A DNA stretch of 64,000 nucleotides from the human T2T-CHM13v2.0 reference genome, Homo sapiens: assembly GCF_009914755.1 (NCBI RefSeq), contig NC_060932.1; one strand, written 5' to 3'. The notes beneath the pieces are model-generated. The model was not told where the DNA came from and did not search any database. It saw nothing but the letters and a program-made list of their open reading frames with translations. The position numbers were made by a program, and so were the translations under genes. This document shows, in pieces, positions 55,921 to 64,000 of the stretch (position 1 is its first letter; each line of letters opens with the position of its first letter).

Positions 55921-57393
55921 ATTCTTCAGTGTGAGTAAATATCCAGGGATTTATTTTCTGTTTGCATATATTTACAGAAACAGATGTGTTCTTCTCTAAT
56001 ATTCATTACAGGCATGTAGAATGGAAATATGGTAGATCCCTTTGGAGACTGATGTGGATCCTTGGCAAGCTCCTTCAAGTTCTGATAGACATAAGAAAGG
56101 AAAAGTGCACATTGACTATAAATTGGTGTCATCCTTCCAAAGATTCTGAGCCTCACATGAGGGATGAGAGATGGAATGATAAGTAACTGGAATGTCATCT
56201 CTCTCCTGCACAACTGCCCCTGTGTGTTTGCTCTGGGTGCCTAGAGTTTGCTTAAGTAGTAAACCTTAGGGACTTCCAGTGCCATCGGTGGTGTCAAAAT
56301 TCTAGCAGCTCACCCAAAGAGGGTTTTACTCACTTTCTCTTATTAAGTAATAAATATAGAGAAGTTTGTTGTTAACTGAAATGGAAAGATAGGGCAGCTC
56401 TTACTTTCTGGAAACAGGAATGGACTATTCATAAGTTAGAATGATTCTTCCCATCTTCCTCAGCCTACTCTTGCTCTTTTTGGAAGCAGTACTCTTCTCA
56501 TCTCAATTAATCAATTAATTAATAAATTACTGCAAGAAAACTGAAGATTTCTGCTCGTTCTTCCTTTACCTAAAACACTTTTCAAGATTCAGTTTAAAAA
56601 TTATCTTAAATATAAATATTCACCAGTCTTTCCAAACAAAATTTAGTCTCCCTTACTTTGAACCTCCCAAATTTTACTGCTATGTCTCTTGTGGTACTCC
56701 GAATAATCATCCTTAAATGTATCCTTAAGGAAGTGTGTATTTTCTCTCTCCTAATACTTTATAGGCACCTAAGGAACACGAACTGTCTCAGCTATGCATT
56801 GCTACATATTATTGCTTGCCTTTCCTATTTCTTATGATTCTGTATGTTGACCAGGTGGCTTTTTCTGGAAGCCCACTCATGTGATGCATTAATTTGGGAG
56901 CAGGGAGAGTGTCATTTAAGTACTGAGCTCAGCTGGAATAGGTGGGATGGCCAGGCTTCTCTTTCAGCCCAGGTTTCTTTAGGGTTAGGATTCTCAGGGC
57001 AGTTCTTCAAGAGGGCAAAAGCAGAAGCTTTGAGGCCGCTTGAGGTCACAGCTCCTGCAGTGTCACTCCTACTCCATCCTGTTGACGAAAGCACATCACA
57101 AGACCTGTCCAGATACAAGGGGTAAGGAAGTCCATTCCACCTCTTGAGGGAGGAATTGCAAAGTAACATTGCAGAGGAACATGTAGGTTGAAAGAAATTG
57201 TTGAGTCTTTTATTGTTTCAAGATCTATCCTTTGCCCAAAATAATTCACACTTCTCTCATATGCAAAATATAGTCACATTCCACCAAAAGTCTCACCTCA
57301 ATTTTCGGTGTCAAGCTCAAAGGCCATGTTTTGCATCAGATCCAGAAGTGGACAAGGCTTCTCTGGTGCAGTGTCTTGAGAGCAGTAACTCTT

Positions 57394-58593
57394 TTTTTTT
57401 TCAACTTTTATTTTAAGTTCAGGGTTACAAGTGTAGCTTTGTTACATAGGTAAACTTGTGTCATGGGGGTTTGTTGTACAGATTATTTCATCACCCAGGT
57501 ATTAAGCCTAGTACCCATTAGTCAGTTTTCTGGCCCTCTCTCTCCTCCTGCACTCCACTCTCCAATAGTCCCTAGTGTGTGTTTTTCCCTCTACGTGTCT
57601 ATAAGCTCCCACTTATAAGTCAGAACATGCAGTGTTTTGTTTTCTGTCCTTGTGTTAGTTTGCCAAGGATAATGACCTCCAGCTCTATCTGTGTCCCTGC
57701 AAAGGACATGATCTCATTCTTTTTTGTGGCTGAATAGTATTCCACAGTGTAAATGTACCACATTTTCTTCATCCAGTCTATCATTGATTGGCATTTAGGT
57801 TGATTCTATTTCTTTGTTATTCTGAATAGTGCTGCAATGAACATACATGTGCATGTTTCTTTATAATATAATGATTTATATTCCTTTGGGTATTAATGTG
57901 GTTTGGCACTGTGTCCCCACCCAAATCTTTTCTTGAATTGTGCTCCCATAATTCCCATGTATTAGGGGAGGGACCTGGTGGGAGATAATTTTAATCATGG
58001 GGGCAGTTTCCCCTATACTTTTCTCATGGTGGTGAATAAGTCTCATGAGATTGGATGGTTTTATCAGGGGTTTCTGCTTTTGCATCCTTCTCATTTCTCT
58101 TGCTGCCACCCTGGAAGAACTGCCTTTCACCTCCCACCATGATTCTGAGGCCTCCCCAGACATGTGGAACTGTAAGTCCAATTAAACATCCTTTTCTTCC
58201 CAGTCTTGGGTATGTCTTTATCAGCAGCATGAAAATGAACTAATACAGTAAATTGGTACCAGGAGTGGGGTGGTTCTAAAAAGATACCAAAAAATGTGGA
58301 AGTGACTTTGGAACTGAGTAGCAGGTAGAGGTTGGAACAGTTTGGAGGGCTCAGAAGAATACAGGAAAATGTGGGAAAGTTTGGAACCTCCTAGAGATTT
58401 GTTGAATGGCTTTGACAAAAATGTTGATAGTGATATGAACAATAAGTTCCAGGCTGAGGTGGTCTCATATGGAGATGAGGAATGGATATTGCTGGGTTGA
58501 ATTGTATTTCTGCCTCTAGGTCTTTGAGAAATTGCCACACTGTCTTCCACAATGGCTGAATTAATTTACACTCCTACCAACAGTGTACAAGCA
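57394..58593 (-). mobile_element. Older L1PA 3' fragment split by a THE1 insertion
   Basis: L1 3'UTR/ORF2 end at 57394-57893 resuming at ~58483-58593; TSD GAGAGCAGTAACTCTT (57378)/GAGAACAGTAATTCTT (58594). Confidence 0.85.
57894..58482 (+). mobile_element. THE1 LTR (57894-58247) plus 5' part of THE1-int, 3'-truncated
   Basis: GGTTTGGC..TGTGTCCCCACCCAAATCT..GAACTAATACA followed by GTAAATTGGTACCAG..GAGGTTGGAACAGTTTGGAGGGCTCAGAAGAA. Confidence 0.9.
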
Positions 58594-58935
58594 GAGAACA
58601 GTAATTCTTTATCTAGAGATTTGTGGACTAAAATGTCAAGCCATCTGCCCATACACCCAACATACCATGGCATGGATAATTGCAATAGGCACTTCTGCTC
58701 ACAATAAGGAAGAAGAGGAAGCACACAGCAGCTCCTAGCTCTCAACAATTTTGAAGTCCAACTGGGCCATATTGCCTACTTTAGGGACAGAAAATGTTCT
58801 TTGATAGGAGCTTGTTTCTGCATTTTTGAAGTGGTTTCCTGGTTTATTATTCTCCTTGGCAATTTGTTCTGTCCTCTGGGCTCCTGGTTCTCCCCTCTGA
58901 GACATCTTTTCTTTTCCTTAAGAAATAACCTATGT

Positions 58936-59103
58936 ACACACACATACACACACACACACACATACACACACACAGTAACTATGTGAGGATGTGAACATGT
59001 TAGGTAACTTGATTGTGGTAATCATTTCACAATGTATACGTATATCAAATTATCATCTGTACACCTTTAATATGTACAACTTTGTCAATTTTACCTCAAT
59101 AAG
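58936..59103 (+). mobile_element. Short L1MA/MB 3' end with (CA)n expansion
   Basis: GTAACTATGTGAGG..TTGATTGTGGTAATCATTTCACAATGTATACGTATATCAAA..CCTCAATAAA; perfect 15-bp TSD AGAAATAACCTATGT (58921/59104). Confidence 0.85.
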
Positions 59104-61719
59104 AGAAATAACCTATGTTTGCAGCTGAGTAGTGTTCTATAGAACATTGAAGGCCCAGAAGGCTCTTTGCATTTTGGACTAGCAGTCTATTTTGTTCCAA
59201 GCTATTAGTGTTTTTATCATTGTGACTCTCTTAAAAACATTGTGAGTTTCCTATGAGTCTTCCATTGTTCATGCCATGCACCATAAGCCACATCTATTCT
59301 TGTTTTGAGATAGACTTCTCTGTATTTTAGGTGGATAGCTGCTGTGTGGCAACACCTTGAGTTTCTCAGATGTTCTTTTATCTAGCTGATAGCATCTACT
59401 GGGCACCATCTAAAAGCTTTCTGAAGTTTTAACAAAGTCCAGCAACCATAGCTGTGATTTGATGTTTGTGTTAGGACCATCTCATACATCGATAATTGTT
59501 TGCTATCAGGAGAAACTGACTATATGAAAGAGTTTTATTTTCCAACCCAACAAGTCCTGGCCTTATACCCATCCTCTAAAGTATACTAACAAACTGAAGA
59601 ATTTCCTATTTATAGTTCATCTCACCCTAACATAATTTATCATACATAGAAAAATGTGCCAAATAATGCTTTCCACTTTCTGCCGATCCACAAGTTTATT
59701 AGGTACACTTGCCATGCTCTACATTATCTCAGAAAACACTCTTGCAAATGTACCACCACTTCATGACACGAGTTGCCTTTCCCCAGCCTTAGAGATTTCC
59801 CCAGCCCATAGAGATTTCCGTACTGCTCTTCCAGCTTTTACTAATAGTCTTTTCACTGCCTTTCAGCCTTCATTTGCAACACAGAACTAAAACCAATGTC
59901 ATATGTTTTAAGTCTTTGTTACAACAAAGGTACCCATTTGGGTCTGTTGTGTACTTTTGAATAGCAAGCTACATCAAAACTTAGTGGCTTAAAATAACAG
60001 TGGTTCATTATTTCTCATGATTATGTGACTTGAGTGCCTGGTTCTTTCCTGACTTTTGGTGGGTTCACTCATTCGATTGCATTTAGGTGTAGAGTCAGCT
60101 GTTAGTTGAGCTTAGCTTAGCTTACCTGCAAGAGATGGAGAGCTTCAGGTAGTCTTTGATCTTGGTCTTCTATACAGTATAGTGGCCACAGAGTTCCAAG
60201 AGAGAAAGGGCAAAAGTTGTGAGGTCTCTTGAAGTGGACTCTGGAACTCACAGATTCCTGGTACCACATTCTATTTGTCAAAGAAAGCTGCATAACCAGC
60301 CTGGTTTGAAGAGGTGCAAGAAGCCTCTACCTCTGGGTAGGAGGTGCAGCATAATCGCAGTACAGAGGAACATGTCGCCTGAGATGGGAGGAATTTGTGA
60401 CCATTAAACAATGTACCACAGAAACCAAATCCTCTTAGTTTTTGTATTCTCTATGGCATAAAGCAGATCATCTAACATAAATAAGTACTATAATCGATAT
60501 TTATTGAAGTGAAGGAGAACAAAAGAATAATTGAGGTCAATAATTCCAAATCTGATGTTCTATATGAAATAGACTTAACATTCAGATACTTTCAAAGGCA
60601 TTTTCTTCTGATGATGTAGGAGGATTTCACTCCACATTATAAATGTAGCCAGAAAAATGCTGATTTTATCTTTTAATTCTCAAAAACCGTAAAAACATGT
60701 TTCAGTTCAGCTAAAGGATTTTCGATTTGACAACTCTCATGAATATAATATTCAGGCTATCATTAAGAGTGAGCTAAAGTAGATCTCTTTATGCTGGAAG
60801 ATTCACACATATGAATATATCTGGCCATATATGTCTACATACATGAAACCATTAAGGAATGTAGACAGCATGAGAGAATTAAAAGTGAATCCTTTAGGAA
60901 TAGGGCCAATTTTTTCTCTTTAGTGAAAACAAAGCATTGTTTACATATATATTGCAATACATTTTTTCTTGAAGTAATCTAAATGATTTTAAATTCTAAC
61001 AATTTAAAGTATCTTTGGTGTTGAGCATAAACACCTATAGATATTGACATATTAGTGTTCTAATTGTCATGATAATGCTCTATTGTTTACAGAATCTCAT
61101 TTGATATTTTTACTTATTATGGATAAAACAGTGAATAAGAAATTTCAAATTACTTTTAGTACTATTATTTGAATATAAATATTTTCTCTTCTAAATAGGT
61201 GCTTTAAAGGCAAAGTCTACATATTATCTACTTTCCCGTCACTAGTTCAGATCATTACATTTAGTTGGCCCTCAATATTTGCTGAATTAAATCAAATGGA
61301 GATTCAAGTTCAAATTTCAACTATGACTCAAAAGTTTCAACTTTTTCATATGATTTGATTCCTGTGTGCACATTGAAAGTAAATGTTTTTCAGATGTGTT
61401 CAAATGCATTTTTCTCTTCCTCATTTCAAGAGGTGTCACAAGGCCACTGACTCTACACCTAAGTGTCCTTGTACCTGTGTCAGGACTAGACTCAGTGGCT
61501 TACCCCAACCTATCAACATTTAAGACCCCTCACATTATTAGTAGCATGGATTTCTCCTTCTCTATGCAACAGACTGTGCAGTGGCCTTCTCTGGTTGATC
61601 AATCTGTATGGATTCAATAATATCCACCATATGCCTGGCATTAGGACCCTGAGGAGGGAAAAAGTAAAAGTCCCTACTCTAAAGACATGCATTGTTTAAT
61701 TAAAGAAATATTTACATAA

Positions 61720-61950
61720 ATAATAATATTTGTAATCACAGCAGCTACCATGTTTTTGCATGCCTACTCTTTGCCAGTTGCATTTTACATGTTATCTTCC
61801 TTTCATCCAAGCACACTGTAAGTTAGGCAATTGTTATGCCCAATTCTTGGGTAGGGGAATAGGCTCTGGGAGTTTCATGAACTTGCCTGAGACCATAGCT
61901 GTAGTAAACGGGTGAAGCAGGGATTCCAACTCAAATTCAGTGTCACAGGC
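61720..61950 (-). mobile_element. MIR SINE
   Basis: GCAGCTACCATG..ACTTGCCTGAGACCATAGCT..GCAGGGATTCCAACTC. Confidence 0.65.
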
Positions 61951-62943
61951 CATGCTTTTGCTGCCTTCTGATCCAGGGAATAGCTGGATAGGGACACGTG
62001 GCAGAAAATTTAGAAAGAACCCAAAATAAGAGTGTGGGATCCCAGCTAAAGGAAAAGAGGAGAGAGGAATTATTGTTGTGTTTTCTAATGGGGTATGTTT
62101 TGTGGCTTAGGTGGAGCTTGAGCTTGAATTGAAAGGTGAGGGTCAACTTGGACACACAGGATGGGCAGGATTTACATGGGCCAGCTACAGCTTGGTCAAG
62201 GTGGGCAGGCTGCCCTAGCCCCTTAGCATATATTACCAGCTGTCCCCTTTCACCTTGCCTTGCCCAGTCTTTTTTTTTTTAATCACTTCCCTTATCCTCA
62301 TCAAAGAACTGTCATTTCTTTCTTCATTCAAAGCATCATACAAATCGATTACTTCCATAAAGCCTGCTCCAGACAGAAAATTCCCAGATGCCTTACAAGC
62401 CCTCTAGCATGCATGTTCATTTCTTCTCTGCCTTAGATAGATTTCTCTCATCTGTGTTTTCATGTTTTCCCACTTACGTTGGTTGTCTCTCAGCAGGAGG
62501 GAAGTCCCCTGGAAGCAAAGATTTGTCTTTTGTTATTAACTCCCCTCTATCCTCATCCTGCACTCTATTTACACTGGACAGTTGAAAAATGTTACCAAGA
62601 GACTAACTCAGAGGGATGTTGAGGGGAATAAATTAAGTCAATAAAATTATGAATGGCAACCCACAGAAGCTTTGCTGAATGGCATACCATGTCTAACATG
62701 GAATTTTTATTATTGTGTCTGCAAGTTAGATCTCTGCATTCTTGTACTTTTATCTTGTCTTTATTTGCATTTAAATAGTTTCTTCCCCTCTTTAACATTT
62801 CTATATTTTCTGTTTTTTCTCACTTTCCCTAATAATCTTCTTTCTTTTAATTTAATTTTTATCAAGATAATAATGTAAGTCATTTTGAAAGTCAAATAAT
62901 AAAAACCTTTAGAGAGTAGGCAGCATCTTCCTACCCCTCCTCA

Positions 62944-62969
62944 TCTCTCTCTCTCTCTCTCTCTCTCTC
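62944..62969. repeat. (CT)n microsatellite
   Basis: tctctctctctctctctctctctctc. Confidence 0.9.
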
Positions 62970-63173
62970 ATCTCCTTGCTCATGGGCAAATAATTTTCAC
63001 TGGCCTAACTGTATCTTCTAGCATTTACTTGCATATTTTGAAATAGCATGCACATACTGCTATTTGTTGATTATTTTAGTTTTAGCTATTAGTTAATAAT
63101 CCTACTATGAAAGTTTGATCCCACCTTGAACATAAATTTCCCCTCTTTCCAGCCTTTCCAAAGAGTTAAATCA

Positions 63174-63399
63174 ACCTGGTATTCAATAGATCAGCAGTGT
63201 GACTACAGCTAATGTTAATCAGTTGGACATTTCAAAATAGCTGGAAGATAATAATTCAAATCTTCCTAGCATAAAGAAAAGAGAGAGATTTAAGGTGATG
63301 GATGCCCCAATTACCTTGATTTTATTATATGAATGTATCAAATTAGCACTTGTACCTAAATAAAGTACATCTATTATGTATCAATAAAAGAAACAAAAA
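63174..63399 (+). mobile_element. L1MA-like 3' end
   Basis: CATTTCAAAATAGCTGGAAGA..TTTAAGGTGATGGATG..TATTATGTATCAATAAAA, A-rich tail; TSD CAAAGAGTTAAATCA (63159)/CAAATAGTTAAATCA (63400). Confidence 0.8.
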
Positions 63400-64000
63400 C
63401 AAATAGTTAAATCACAATTTGAAGCTAAATCAATATTTGTCATTTATATTATGATCACTTTGTAAATATTATTTATAGTTGAGTCACATTAAAAAACTCA
63501 TTACATTTTAAATGTTCCTTTAAGTAAAAACCTATGATGACATTCCCTTCCCTATATAACCTTTTGCCATCCCTTCAGTTAGTAATTGCTTTAATAAGAA
63601 TTTCTTGACTGCTCTATGCACCCAGTACTGCCTATTGACCTGGGGGACAAGGGCCCCTTGTCCTTGCCATTAGCTTTAGACTCTAAAGTTTAGAGGATTC
63701 CCTTTAGCTTTCCCCTAGCCTCAGCTTTCTCCATGCAGCAAGATACCCATGGTGGGGAGGGAGGGAGACATGCCCACCTGCAGCTGGTACCACTCTACCT
63801 TTCTAGACATTGCTTTTGAAACCCAGGACCCCAGAATTCCCTGCCCAGATGATCCCAATTCCCCTTCCCGGTCCCTTCTTGCAAAGCTAGGTGGTGCTTC
63901 TGTGTGTACCATCTCCAAGGCTGAGGACTCCAAGGCTGAGGACTGACCAAGGAGCAGCTGCTGTTACAGTGTCCACGGACTTGTGCAAGAAACCTCATGG

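Larger units (their letters stand above)
56840..60420 (-). mobile_element. MLT1H-like LTR-internal-LTR element carrying nested insertions
   Basis: Two related LTR remnants (~56840-57200 and ~59935-60420; both contain GGGCAAAAG..TGAGG..CTTGA and CAGAGGAACATGT) flank MaLR-internal-like sequence ending AAAACCAATGTCATATGTTTTAAG..TTTGTTAC..GGTACC. Confidence 0.6.

Overview
Human/great-ape genomic DNA containing the 5' part of CLVS1 (clavesin-1, neuron-enriched SEC14/CRAL-TRIO protein) on the + strand. It shows a CpG-rich promoter with a non-coding exon 1 (~21710-21878) and a first coding exon 2 (33417-34022, CDS from 33568). The rest of the window is intron 2; exon 3 is not visible. Upstream lies a full-length but inactivated ~6.0 kb L1PA2/L1PA3-type LINE-1 on the - strand (1755-7754, 14-15 bp TSD), whose antisense promoter and open ORF0 point toward CLVS1. 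The remainder is typical AT-rich primate DNA with L1, L2, MIR, MaLR/ERV LTR, Alu monomer and hAT remnants. I do not see a convincing wholly new biological system. The best leads are regulatory: (i) a uORF/overlapping-uORF layout that could switch CLVS1 between Met1 and a CLVS2-like Met23 start, (ii) a strong candidate 137-nt cassette exon in intron 1, (iii) a pair of REST/RE1 sites at the promoter, (iv) the L1 antisense promoter. There are also several readable insertion histories: an L1 3' transduction, a twin-primed L1, nested MaLR/L1/THE1 insertions and a 260-bp local duplication. Repeat subfamily names are from memory of consensus sequences and need RepeatMasker/Dfam confirmation.
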